The notes: generated by a model from the sequence alone, not told the origin. A DNA stretch of 38,255 nucleotides from Gammaproteobacteria bacterium (GCA_030431185.1 JAUIJO010000001.1:1-38255); one strand, 5' to 3'; shown: positions 27,200 through 36,618, counted from the stretch's first letter. Program-made: numbers and translations.

Positions 27200-28549
27200 A
27201 TGAGCACACGCGCGATTCCCGATGGAACGCTCTGGACCCCCGATGGCTGGCAGGCGGGCCGCCGCGTGCAGGTCGACGCAAGGGGCCGGGTGGAGGCCGT
27301 GGTGGCGGGACGCGATCCGGGTCGACGCGTGGTGCCGGGCATCGCCAACCTGCATTCGCACGCATTCCAGCGCGCGATGGCGGGGATGGCCGAGCGCCAG
27401 ACCGACCCCGCCGATTCGTTCTGGACCTGGCGCGAGACCATGTACCACTTCGCGTCGAGGTTCTCGCCCGACACCTTGTACGCGGTCGCCTCCCAGTTGT
27501 ATGCCGAAATGCTGGAGAGCGGCTACACCCGCGTGTGCGAGTTCCACTACCTGCACCACACGCCCTCGGGCGGTGCCTACCGGGATCCGACCGCCATGTC
27601 GCAGGCCCTGGTGTCGGCCGCGCGCGACACCGGCATCCGGATGACCCTGTTGCCGGTGCTGTACATGCGCGGCGGTTTCGATGGCCGCGACCTGGTCGAG
27701 CGCCAGCGACGCTTCGGCCATGACGTGGACGACTACCTCGCCCTGGTCGATCGCCTGTGCGAGGACGCCAGCGACACGCTGCACGTGGGCTGCGCGCTGC
27801 ACAGCCTGCGCGCCGTTCCCCCCGACGCGATGGCGACCGTGCTCGACGCGTTGCCGCCGGCCATGCCGGTGCACGTGCACATCGCCGAACAGGTCGCCGA
27901 GGTGGAGGAATGCATCGCGGTGCGCGGTGCGCGGCCCGTGGCGTGGCTGCTCGACCACGCCGACGTGGACGCGCGCTGGACGCTCGTCCATGCCACGCAC
28001 CTGGACGATGGCGAAGTCGCGGGCATCGCCCGGAGCGGCGCCACGGTGGCCCTGTGCCCGACCACCGAGGCCAACCTCGGCGATGGCCTGTTCCCGCTGC
28101 GAGGCTATCTCGATGCCGGTGGCAGCTGGGGCATCGGCTCGGACTCGCACATCTCGGTGTCCCCGGTGGAGGAACTGCGCTGGCTGGAGTACGGCCAGCG
28201 GCTCGCCACGCGACGCCGCAACATCGCCGTCGATGGCGCGACGCCGAGCGTCGGCGAGACCCTCTTCAAGGGCGTGGCGGCCAGTGCGTCGCGTTCATCG
28301 GGACACGCGGGCGGCTGCTTGCAGGCGGGCGGATGTGCCGACGCGGTCGTGCTGGACATGCATGCGCCACAACTGATGGGCGCGACCGATGCCGACGTGC
28401 TCGATCGATGGCTGTTCAGCGGCAATCGCAACCTGGTCGACGAGGTGTACGTCGGCGGCCGTCGCGTGGTCGACGGCGGGCGCCACCACGATCGCGACGC
28501 CATCGCCGGCCGCTATCGCGACGCGCTCGCATCGCTGATGCAGGCGTGA
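27200..28549 (+). CDS. hutF: formimidoylglutamate deiminase
   Basis: PGIANLHSHAFQRAMAG, DSFWTWRE.MY, CEFHYLHH, HSLRAV, HIAEQ, CPTTEANLGDG and GSDSH motifs; SD GAGGA. Confidence 0.96.
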   Translation: MSTRAIPDGTLWTPDGWQAGRRVQVDARGRVEAVVAGRDPGRRVVPGIANLHSHAFQRAMAGMAERQTDPADSFWTWRETMYHFASRFSPDTLYAVASQLYAEMLESGYTRVCEFHYLHHTPSGGAYRDPTAMSQALVSAARDTGIRMTLLPVLYMRGGFDGRDLVERQRRFGHDVDDYLALVDRLCEDASDTLHVGCALHSLRAVPPDAMATVLDALPPAMPVHVHIAEQVAEVEECIAVRGARPVAWLLDHADVDARWTLVHATHLDDGEVAGIARSGATVALCPTTEANLGDGLFPLRGYLDAGGSWGIGSDSHISVSPVEELRWLEYGQRLATRRRNIAVDGATPSVGETLFKGVAASASRSSGHAGGCLQAGGCADAVVLDMHAPQLMGATDADVLDRWLFSGNRNLVDEVYVGGRRVVDGGRHHDRDAIAGRYRDALASLMQA

Positions 28550-28564
28550 GCGCCGGCCGCGGAC

Positions 28565-28615
28565 GGTTCGTCGCGGCAGGCCCGGCTTCATCCGGCCGGA
28601 GCGGGGGTTCGTCGC
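28565..28615 (+). promoter_or_regulatory. putative LytTR-type operator (three direct repeats)
   Basis: GGTTCGTCGC (28565), GCTTCATCCG (28585) and GGTTCGTCGC (28606) at 20-21 bp periodicity. They resemble the AlgR site CCGTTCGTC and lie upstream of an operon encoding a LytTR regulator. Confidence 0.7.
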
Positions 28616-28677
28616 AGAGCACGGAAACGGGACACGACCCCATGCAGGCTGGCGGGGTCCAGAAAGGAGACCCGACC

Positions 28678-30381
28678 ATGACCCCACGTGCCACCCGCTC
28701 GCTTTCCCTGTGCATCGCGGCCATTGCGCTGGCCGGCAGCGCCTGCGCGGCGCCGACGCCCGAAACCGACATCGATGCCGGCCTGCAGTCCACGGTCGAG
28801 AAGCGCCTGCTGGGCGACCGCAGCGGCGCGTGCCTGGCGGTCGGGGTGGTCGACGTCGGCCGTGATGGCGCCACCGCCACCGCGCCGCGGTTCCGCCGCG
28901 CCTACGCCTGCGCGGATGGCGATACGCCGCTGCGGATCGGTCGCAACAGCGCCTTCGAGATCGGTTCGGTCAGCAAGACCATGACCGCCACCCTGCTGGC
29001 CGGCCTGATCGAACAGGGCAAGGCCAGCCTCGACGATCCGCTGGCCGCCTACCTGCCCGGGGACACGGAGGTGCCGGCATTCGAGGGACAGCCGATCCTG
29101 CTCCGGCACATCGTCACCCACACCAGCGGGCTGCCCGCCTTGCCGACCGGCCTGGACGTCGCCGATCCGACCGATCCGTATGCCGCGATGCAGCCGTCGC
29201 AGCTGCTCGAAGCGCTGGGGCGCAGCCGACTGGCGCAGGCGCCGGGGACGACGTTCGCCTACTCGAACTTCGCCTCCATGTTGCTGTCCTATGCCGTCAC
29301 CCGTCGCGCGGGCGACGAGCTCGAAGCGCTGCTCGAGCGCCAGCTGTTCAAGCCGCTGGACATGGACGGCGCCTACGTGGCCACGCCGCCGGAAGGCATC
29401 GTCGAGGCCAGCGGCCACATCCCCAACGGCGATGTCGTGCCCGCCTGGCATTTCGACGACGCACTCGCCGGCGTGGGCGGCGTACGCGCCACCCTGGACG
29501 ACATGCTGCGCTACGCCGCGGCCGAGCTGGGCGTCGCACCGGCGCCCTTGTCCACCGCGATCCAGCGTACCCAGGCGCCGATCGCCACCGCCTCGGGGCA
29601 GGCAATCGCCATGAACTGGATGCTGGCACCCGTGGACGGACGCACCGTGCTGGCGCACGAGGGCGGTACCGGCGGATTCTCTTCGCTCGTCGCGGTCGAT
29701 CGCGAACGCGGTCGCGGCGTGGTGATCCTGTCCGATACCGCGCTCACGGCGCTGGGCGGACTGGGTGGGCTGGGCATGCATCTGGTCGACCCTTCGCGGC
29801 CCCTGCCTTCGCCGCGCCGGAGCGAGCCCGCCCCGGAGGCCCTGATGGATGCCCTGGTCGGCGAGTGGCAGCTCGAAGGCGGCCCGGCGATGACGGTGCG
29901 CCGGAATGGCGACGCACTGGAAATCCAGGCCGTCGGCCAGCCCGCGTTCGAGATGGGCCATGACAGCGCCGGCGACTTCCATCCGCTTGCATTCGATGCG
30001 CTGATGTCGCCCATCGAACAGGCCGACGGCACCCATGCCTTCGTCTGGCGCCAGGGCGGCGGGGTGATGCCGGCGCACCGTATCGAGGCCGGTGCCGCGG
30101 CGCCGCCGACCCTCCCGGCGGCCGCCTTGGCCGAGTACGAGGGACGTTATCCGCTCGCGCCGAGCGACATGGTGCTGGCCGTGGACGTCCGCGATGGCGT
30201 GCTCCATGCGCAGGCCACCGGGCAGGGGGCGTTCCCCCTGGTACCGGCGGGCGAGGACGTGTTCAAGGCGGCTTCGTTCGGCATCGAGATCCGTTTCCAG
30301 CGCGATGCCACCGGCGCGGTCTCGGGCCTGGCGCTGCACCAGGGCGGCAACGTGCTGGGCGGTGGACGGCTCCGTCCATGA
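28678..30381 (+). CDS. exported serine hydrolase (beta-lactamase/AmpC-like fold) with two C-terminal DUF3471-like domains
   Basis: Signal peptide, FEIGSVSK (SxxK), THTSGLP, YSN and HEGGTGGFSS motifs, with repeated C-terminal units (IQAVGQPAF / AQATGQGAF). SD AAAGGAG. Confidence 0.9.
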   Translation: MTPRATRSLSLCIAAIALAGSACAAPTPETDIDAGLQSTVEKRLLGDRSGACLAVGVVDVGRDGATATAPRFRRAYACADGDTPLRIGRNSAFEIGSVSKTMTATLLAGLIEQGKASLDDPLAAYLPGDTEVPAFEGQPILLRHIVTHTSGLPALPTGLDVADPTDPYAAMQPSQLLEALGRSRLAQAPGTTFAYSNFASMLLSYAVTRRAGDELEALLERQLFKPLDMDGAYVATPPEGIVEASGHIPNGDVVPAWHFDDALAGVGGVRATLDDMLRYAAAELGVAPAPLSTAIQRTQAPIATASGQAIAMNWMLAPVDGRTVLAHEGGTGGFSSLVAVDRERGRGVVILSDTALTALGGLGGLGMHLVDPSRPLPSPRRSEPAPEALMDALVGEWQLEGGPAMTVRRNGDALEIQAVGQPAFEMGHDSAGDFHPLAFDALMSPIEQADGTHAFVWRQGGGVMPAHRIEAGAAAPPTLPAAALAEYEGRYPLAPSDMVLAVDVRDGVLHAQATGQGAFPLVPAGEDVFKAASFGIEIRFQRDATGAVSGLALHQGGNVLGGGRLRP

Positions 30382-31616
30382 AGCGTCCGGGCGGCGGTGA
30401 CAGTCATTACGCGCTGGGCAGTGCGCTGCCCGCCGACGTGCTGGTGGGTGGGAACACCGTGTGGGGGCGCTACCGCCAGTATCCCGTCTTCAGCCTCCCC
30501 TGGTTGCGCGGCCGGAGCCTGGTGTTCGCGGTGGTGATCACCGCGTTCGCCGCCGTGGCGGCCTTCGGGTCGGGATTCGCCACGCGCGACTACGGCATGG
30601 GCCTGCTGGCGGGCGCGCACCTGTTCGCCGCGTTCCTGCTGATGGCCACCGCCGGACCCGCGCTCGCGACCTGGGTGCGCTACCGTCGCTGGCCGATGGC
30701 CCGCGAGCGCAAAGCGGTGGTCCTGGCGGTCGTGGCCGGCATCGTCGTCAGCTATTTCGTCGACCAGTGGGCCTCGGCCCATGTCAATGCATCCGTCGGC
30801 GCGGCGATGCGAGACGCCGGCACGTCGCTGCCCCGGTCGCCCGCTGCATCGGACCTGGAGCGTGGCGTCGCCCTGGCCGTCAACCTGGCGGCGCTGGGGG
30901 TCGTCTACGGCCTGTTCGGCGGCGGGCTGTCGCTGCGCGCCTACTTCAGCGAACAGCGACGCTGGCAACAGGCCCGCCAGCGCGACGAGATCACGCGCCT
31001 GCAACAGGCCCGCCACGACAGCGACCTGCGCCTCGGCGCGCTGCAGGCGCAGGTCGAGCCGCACTTCCTGTTCAACACGCTCGCGTCGGTGCGCGCGCTG
31101 GTACGGCAGGATGCCGGCAAGGCCGAACAGACCCTCGATGCCCTGGTGGACTACCTGCGCGCGACGATCCCGCGCCTGCGCGAAGGCGAGCGTGGCGCGA
31201 TGTCCACCCTCGGCCAGCAACTGGGCGTCTGCGAGCGCTACCTCGAGGTGATGCGACTGCGGATGGGCGGACGCCTGCGCTGGTCGGTGGAGGCGGACGA
31301 GGTCGCGCGCGCCAGCGCGTTCCCGCCCCTGGTGCTGATCACCCTCGTCGAGAACGCCATCAAGCATGGCGTGGAGCCCTTGCGCGGTCCGGGCGCGGTC
31401 GAGATCGTGGCCGTCATCGACGGCAACTGGCTGCAGGTGGAGGTGCGCGACACGGGCGTGGGGCTGCAGCCGGGCGTGGGCGGCGGCGTCGGCCTGGAGA
31501 ACGTGCGCGAACAACTGCGGGTCCGTTACGAAGACCGGGCGAAGATGACCCTGCGCAGCGCGCCCGGGGGCGGCACGGTCGCCGGACTTCGCCTGCCCCT
31601 CGACACCGGCGCCTGA
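30378..31616 (+). CDS. LytS/YehU-type sensor histidine kinase
   Basis: Four N-terminal TM segments; LQAQVEPHFLFNTL, YLEVMRLRMGGRL, LVENAIKHG, DTGVG and GVGLENVREQL motifs. ATGA overlap with the upstream gene. Confidence 0.95.
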   Translation: MKRPGGGDSHYALGSALPADVLVGGNTVWGRYRQYPVFSLPWLRGRSLVFAVVITAFAAVAAFGSGFATRDYGMGLLAGAHLFAAFLLMATAGPALATWVRYRRWPMARERKAVVLAVVAGIVVSYFVDQWASAHVNASVGAAMRDAGTSLPRSPAASDLERGVALAVNLAALGVVYGLFGGGLSLRAYFSEQRRWQQARQRDEITRLQQARHDSDLRLGALQAQVEPHFLFNTLASVRALVRQDAGKAEQTLDALVDYLRATIPRLREGERGAMSTLGQQLGVCERYLEVMRLRMGGRLRWSVEADEVARASAFPPLVLITLVENAIKHGVEPLRGPGAVEIVAVIDGNWLQVEVRDTGVGLQPGVGGGVGLENVREQLRVRYEDRAKMTLRSAPGGGTVAGLRLPLDTGA

Positions 31617-31635
31617 AACCGGAACCCTGCATGCC

Positions 31636-32409
31636 ATGCCGATGAGTCCACGCCCACCCGTCGTGATGATCGCCGAGGACGAAGCCCCGCAGCGGGCGGC
31701 GCTGCTGGCGATGCTCGCCGGGGCCTGGCCCGCGCTCGGCCATATCCACGCCTGCGAGGACGGCGTCGAGGCCTTGCAGGTCGTCGCGGAGATGCGGCCG
31801 GACATCGCCTTCCTGGACATCCGCATGCCCGGCGTCAGTGGACTGGACGTGGCGCGCGCGGTGGTGGCGTCGGGCGGGCGGGTGGTGTTCACCACCGCCT
31901 ACGACGAATACGCGATACGTGCGTTCGAGACCGGCGCGATCGACTACCTGCTGAAACCCGTGGCACCGGACCGGCTGGCGGGGACCGTCGAGCGTCTTCG
32001 CGAGCACTGGGCGAGCCGGACGCCAGGGGACCTGCAGGCGCGCGTCGACGAGCTCGAGGCGCGCCTGCGTCCGCGGGGTAGCCGGCGGATCCGCTGGATC
32101 AGTGCCAGCGTTGGCGACAGCGTGCGCATGATCGGCATCGACGACGTGCTGCTGTTCCAGGCCCGCGACAAGTACGTCCGCGTGGTGACCGCCGACGACG
32201 AGGCGGTGATCCGCACTCCCGTCAAGGAGTTGTTGGCCGGGCTCGACCCGGATGTGTTCTGGCAGGTGCACCGGGGCGTGGTGGTGCGGGTCGCGGCGAT
32301 CGACCGGGTGCGCAAGGACGAACTCGGCAAGTGGCGGATGTCCCTGCGCGGGCGGGACGGAACCTTGCCCGTCAGTGCGGCCTTCCTGCATCGCTTCCGG
32401 GGGATGTGA
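31636..32409 (+). CDS. LytTR family response regulator
   Basis: AEDE, FLDIRMPG.SGL, FTTAYDEYAIRAFE.GAIDYLLKP receiver motifs and LytTR domain F.ARDKY...FWQVHRGVVV. Confidence 0.95.
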   Translation: MPMSPRPPVVMIAEDEAPQRAALLAMLAGAWPALGHIHACEDGVEALQVVAEMRPDIAFLDIRMPGVSGLDVARAVVASGGRVVFTTAYDEYAIRAFETGAIDYLLKPVAPDRLAGTVERLREHWASRTPGDLQARVDELEARLRPRGSRRIRWISASVGDSVRMIGIDDVLLFQARDKYVRVVTADDEAVIRTPVKELLAGLDPDVFWQVHRGVVVRVAAIDRVRKDELGKWRMSLRGRDGTLPVSAAFLHRFRGM

Positions 32410-32430
32410 GGAGGTCCCCGGGGCACGGCC

Positions 32431-32958
32431 TCATGCCGCGAAGAGGTCGCCCGGGGTCGAGGATGCCGGCAGCGCGCCTTCGAGTTCGAGCAGGAAACGC
32501 TTGGTCGGCAGGCCGCCGCCGAAACCGGTCAGGGCGCCGTCCGCGCCGATCACGCGATGGCAGGGAAGCACGATCGGCAGCGGATTGCGGCCATTCGCCG
32601 CGCCCACCGCGCGGGTGGCCGTCGGATGGCCGATGTGCGCGGCGAGTTGGGCGTAACTGCGGGTCTGGCCATACGGGATCGACGCCAGTGCATGCCAGAC
32701 GGCCTGCTGGAACCCGGTGCCGCGGGGCGCGAGCGGCAGGTCGAAGGCCTTGCGGCGGCCATCGAAATAGCCGTCGAGCTGCGCGGCGGTGGCGTCCAGC
32801 AGGGGATGGTCGCCGTGCCGCCAATGGGGGCCGCGCGGCACCGGATGGCGCTGCGCATCGAACTCGATGGCGTGCACGCCGGCGTCCGACGCCGCGAGCA
32901 GGAGCGGACCGACCGGACTGTCGTGCAGGCGGAACAAAACGGTGGGCGAAGTGGTCAT
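32431..32958 (-). CDS. ogt: methylated-DNA--protein-cysteine methyltransferase
   Basis: SPVGPLLL, GTGFQQAVW, IPYGQTRSY, RAVGAANGRNP and active-site PCHRV; ATGA overlap with alkA. Confidence 0.95.
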   Translation of the reverse strand: MTTSPTVLFRLHDSPVGPLLLAASDAGVHAIEFDAQRHPVPRGPHWRHGDHPLLDATAAQLDGYFDGRRKAFDLPLAPRGTGFQQAVWHALASIPYGQTRSYAQLAAHIGHPTATRAVGAANGRNPLPIVLPCHRVIGADGALTGFGGGLPTKRFLLELEGALPASSTPGDLFAA

Positions 32959-34535
32959 GTGGAGGGCCTCCGTGTGCGGGCGTTGCGTGCGGCCGGGGAT
33001 GGGGGCTTGGCCGCCGGGGGTGGAGCCTCGGCGACGGCCTTGTCGCTGGCGCCGCGCCACAAGTGGATGACGGCGTAGGCGCGCCATGGCCGCCACGCCT
33101 CGGCCCGCGCGCCCAGCGCGCGTGCGCTCATGCGCGAGCCATCGCCCGGCAGCATCTTCTGCAGGACGAGGTCGTCGGCCGGGAAGGCATCGGGATGGCC
33201 GAGCGCTCGCAGCGCGACGTAGTGCGCGGTCCACGGGCCGATGCCGGGCAGGGCGGTCCAGCGTTCGACGAACTCATCCAGGGTCTGCTCTGGGCGGAAG
33301 TCGACGTCGCCATCCAGCAGCGCCCGGGCGAGCGTCTGCAGCGTCCGGGCTCGCGCGCCGGTGAGTCCGATGCCGGCCAGGTCGGCATCGGCCAGTGCGG
33401 CGGGGGTGGGGAACAGATGCTCGAGACCCTCGGCCAAGGGGATGTCCAGTGGCGTGCCGAAGCGTCGGGCGAGGCGGGCGGTGACGGTGCGCGCGGCGGC
33501 GACGCTGATCTGCTGGCCGATGATGGCCCGCACGGCGATCTCGAAGCCGTCCCATCCGCTCGGCAGGCGCAGGCCGGGGCGACGCCGCAGCAGTGGACGC
33601 AGGCGCGGGTCGGTGCCGAGGGCGTCGGTGATCACGCCGGGGTCGGCATCGAGGTCGAACATGCGGCGGATGCGGCCGACCACCGCCTGCAGTTGCAGGG
33701 GCGGAACGCCGTGCAGTTCCAGTTTCAGCGCCGGCTCCGCATCGGGCCAGGCGCTGAGCCGGAGCCACCCGGGGCGGCCATCGGGCGTAATGGGTGCGAT
33801 CACCCGCCGATAGCTGGCCGACGAGGCGACTTCGACGCCGGGCAGGGCGCGCCCGCCGAGGAAGTCCAGCATCGCCGCCAGGTCGTACGGCGGTCGATAC
33901 GCCAGTCGCAGCGTGAGCGTTTCGCCGCGCGAGGCGCCCGGGCGCTTGCGCAGCTCGCGCGGCGCCATCCGGTAGGCGTCCTTGAAGGTCGTGTTGAAGC
34001 GTCGCAGGCTGCCGAAGCCGGCGGCCATCGCGACATCGGTGACCGACAGGTCGGTCTCGGTCAGCAACTGCTTGGCGAACAGCAGGCGCCGCGTGCCGTG
34101 CACGCCTTGAGGCGAGGCGCCCAGCCGGTCGACGAACAAGCGACGAAGCTGGCGCTCGCCCAGGTTGACGCGTTCGGCCAGGGCGGCCACGGGGGCTTCG
34201 GCCAGCAGGCCCTCGTCGATCAGCTTGATCGCGCGGGCGACGGTCGCGTCGCCGCGCCGCCAGGCGCCGTCGCCGGGCGCCAGCTCGGGCCGGCAGCGCA
34301 GGCAGGGCCGGTAGCCCGCGGCTTCGGCCGCGGCGGCATTGGGGTAGTAGGTGATGTTGCGCGGCCGGGGCGGCGGCGCCGGGCAGACCGGACGGCAATA
34401 GATGCCGGTGGTGGCGACGGCGGTGAAGAACAGGCCGTCGAAGCGTGCGTCCCGACTCAGGCGGGCCTGTTCGCAGACCTGCACGTCGGGCAGGCCTTCG
34501 GTCGAGGGGCGCGCGGCTGGATGCGGAGGGGACAT
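32955..34535 (-). CDS. alkA: AdaA-AlkA fusion: Ada Zn-binding + AraC HTH + DNA-3-methyladenine glycosylase II
   Basis: SRDARFDG.FFTAV.TTGIYCRPVC...GYRPCLRCRPE (Ada Cys4), AraC HTH AGFGSLRRFN, AIIGQQIS and HhH-GPD LPGIGPWTA...PDAFPADD...WRPWRAYA. Confidence 0.93.
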   Translation of the reverse strand: MSPPHPAARPSTEGLPDVQVCEQARLSRDARFDGLFFTAVATTGIYCRPVCPAPPPRPRNITYYPNAAAAEAAGYRPCLRCRPELAPGDGAWRRGDATVARAIKLIDEGLLAEAPVAALAERVNLGERQLRRLFVDRLGASPQGVHGTRRLLFAKQLLTETDLSVTDVAMAAGFGSLRRFNTTFKDAYRMAPRELRKRPGASRGETLTLRLAYRPPYDLAAMLDFLGGRALPGVEVASSASYRRVIAPITPDGRPGWLRLSAWPDAEPALKLELHGVPPLQLQAVVGRIRRMFDLDADPGVITDALGTDPRLRPLLRRRPGLRLPSGWDGFEIAVRAIIGQQISVAAARTVTARLARRFGTPLDIPLAEGLEHLFPTPAALADADLAGIGLTGARARTLQTLARALLDGDVDFRPEQTLDEFVERWTALPGIGPWTAHYVALRALGHPDAFPADDLVLQKMLPGDGSRMSARALGARAEAWRPWRAYAVIHLWRGASDKAVAEAPPPAAKPPSPAARNARTRRPST

Positions 34536-34598
34536 GCACGCAGGCTAGCACCGGCCACCCGGCGTGACTCGCCGTTTACGGACATCAATGGCGCGGGG

Positions 34599-35897
34599 TC
34601 ATTCGCCGTTGCCGGCGTGGCCGTCGGCCGGCGCCAGCGCGGGCAGCAGGGGCGCGATGTCGCCGTCGTTGGCAGCGGGCGGGATGCCCACCAGGCGTGC
34701 CAGCAAGGGGTAGACGTCGACGTTGTCGAAGGCCGGCAGCTCGACGCCTTCCCGGAACGCCGGCCCACGGGCGATGAACATGGCCCGCATCGAAGGCAGC
34801 GCCGGGTCGTAGCCATGCGACCCCCGGGGTCCGGCTTCGAGGCGTTGCGGCAGCATGTCGGCGGGCAGCGCATCCCAGCCCTCGTCCATCTGGCAGATGA
34901 TCGGCGGCACGCGCCGGTTGCCGCCGTAGTGCCAGCGTTCGGGCAGGTTGGCCTTCAGCCAGCATTCGTAGTGGTCGTGGCGACCCAGCAGTCGGCGCTG
35001 GACGAAGGCCCCGCGGCCGCGCAGCGGCACGATGCCGACCGATTGCCCGTACGACACGACCTTGCCGTCGCGCATCGACACCATGTCCTCCACCGCGACC
35101 GCGTGGCCGGGCGCGACCGGTGCCATGCCATGGTCGGACACGACGATCAGGTTGACCCGGTCCAGCAGGTCCCGCGACGCGAGGCCGTCGAGGAGGCGCC
35201 CGAGGGTGGTGTCGGCTTCGCGAATGGCCTGGATGGCCTCGGGGGAGAAAGGCCCATGTTCGTGGCCCGCCTTGTCCACCCGTTCGAAATACAGGGTGGC
35301 GATGCGGGGACGGGTGGCGCGGGGCTCGGCCAGCCAGCCCAGCACGATGTCGACGCGCTCGTCGAAGGGCATCCCGGCATCGAAGGGCCGCCAGCGCCCC
35401 GGGCGCACGCCCTGCACCGCCGCCTCGCTGCCGGGCCAGAACAGCGTCGCGGTCGGCAGTCCCGCCTTCTGGGCGCCCACCCAGATCGGCTCGCCGGCCC
35501 ACCAGCGTCCATCGCCCACGGCGTCGCGGTTGCTGAGGCGGAAGCCGCCGAGTTCGGCGTCCTCCATGCTGTTGTGGACGATGCCGTGGTGGTCCGGCCG
35601 CAGCCCCGTCACCAGCGTGTAGTGGTTGGGGAACGTCAGGGACGGGTACGAGGGATTCATCCACGCCGCGCGCACGCCGTGGTCGACGATGCGCTGCAGG
35701 TTCGGGGTGATACCCCGGTCCAGGTAATCGGCGCGGAAGCCGTCGATCGACACCAGCAGCACGGGTGGCCTGTCGTCCGATGGATGCATCGGGGCCACGT
35801 CGGGGCTGCCGCCCCCCGTGGTGCAGGCGGCCAGGATCAGCAACAGGGAAAAGAGAACGGCGAGGCGGCGGGTCGAGGCAGGATTCGTCAATCGCAT
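34599..35897 (-). CDS. nucleotide pyrophosphatase/phosphodiesterase (NPP, alkaline phosphatase superfamily) lipoprotein
   Basis: Lipobox LAAC; SIDGFRADY, YPSLTFPNHYTLVTG (Thr nucleophile), DKAGH, SDHGM, GSHGYD and NVDVYP motifs. Confidence 0.94.
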   Translation of the reverse strand: MRLTNPASTRRLAVLFSLLLILAACTTGGGSPDVAPMHPSDDRPPVLLVSIDGFRADYLDRGITPNLQRIVDHGVRAAWMNPSYPSLTFPNHYTLVTGLRPDHHGIVHNSMEDAELGGFRLSNRDAVGDGRWWAGEPIWVGAQKAGLPTATLFWPGSEAAVQGVRPGRWRPFDAGMPFDERVDIVLGWLAEPRATRPRIATLYFERVDKAGHEHGPFSPEAIQAIREADTTLGRLLDGLASRDLLDRVNLIVVSDHGMAPVAPGHAVAVEDMVSMRDGKVVSYGQSVGIVPLRGRGAFVQRRLLGRHDHYECWLKANLPERWHYGGNRRVPPIICQMDEGWDALPADMLPQRLEAGPRGSHGYDPALPSMRAMFIARGPAFREGVELPAFDNVDVYPLLARLVGIPPAANDGDIAPLLPALAPADGHAGNGE

Positions 35898-36022
35898 GGG
35901 CCCGATGATAACGGGCGGATGTTGCGCGTCATCGCAACCGGCATGACTTTGGTCGCTGGCGAAGGGTCCCGGCCTTGCCGATAGTGGCGGCATCCACCTT
36001 CGTGCTCGAGCGGGAGCGTCCC

Positions 36023-36613
36023 ATGACATCGATCCCTGGCCCGGTTCCGGAATCCGCGCGGCATGCCGGGCGCGTCGTGGGCGTCCTGCTGCTGTCCGGG
36101 CTGGCGGCGACCGCCGCGGCAGGGGACGACGGGACCGTACCTGCTCCACCTGCTCCCGTGCACGGCGAGGCCGAATGCGAGGTCTGGGCACGCGAGCTGG
36201 GGTTCGCCGCGAGCGTGGCCCGCCATGACGCGGAGGCGTTCGCCGACCACGTCGATCCGCAAGCGGCCTTCAACACGAGCCAGGCCCGGCCCCTGCGCGG
36301 ACGCCAGGCCGTGCTGGACGCCTGGGCCGGGATCATCGCCGGGAACGGCCTGCGACTGGTCTGGTATCCGACCCGGGTGACCATCGCGGCGGTGCCGGAC
36401 ATCGCCTGGTCGAGCGGACCGGCCCTGTACGAGTCCACCGATCCCGATGCCGATCCGCGTTTCCGGCTGGGCGGGTTCCATTCGGTCTGGCATCGCGGTG
36501 CGGACGGGACGTGGCGCGTTATGTTCGACGACGGCATTCCCACCCGCCCGGCCAGCGACGCGGACGTCGCCGCGTTCCACGCGGGCCGCCGCGAGGCCTG
36601 CCCGCGGTCCTGA
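36023..36613 (+). CDS. exported NTF2-like / DUF4440 family protein
   Basis: Signal-like N-terminus; CEVWARELGFA.SV..HD..AF and C-terminal G.FHSVWHR..DG.WRV.FD.G typical of SnoaL/DUF4440 folds. Confidence 0.8.
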   Translation: MTSIPGPVPESARHAGRVVGVLLLSGLAATAAAGDDGTVPAPPAPVHGEAECEVWARELGFAASVARHDAEAFADHVDPQAAFNTSQARPLRGRQAVLDAWAGIIAGNGLRLVWYPTRVTIAAVPDIAWSSGPALYESTDPDADPRFRLGGFHSVWHRGADGTWRVMFDDGIPTRPASDADVAAFHAGRREACPRS

Positions 36614-36618
36614 TCCGC

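Noticed and set aside
25757-30381. Apparent 797-aa ClC and 874-aa serine hydrolase
   Set aside because: The extensions overlap hutF. The real starts are 27094 (leaderless geometry) and 28678 (SD plus signal peptide).
28678-30381. Calling the serine hydrolase a bona fide AmpC beta-lactamase
   Set aside because: It has HEGG instead of the class C KTG motif, plus extra C-terminal domains. The substrate cannot be inferred from sequence.
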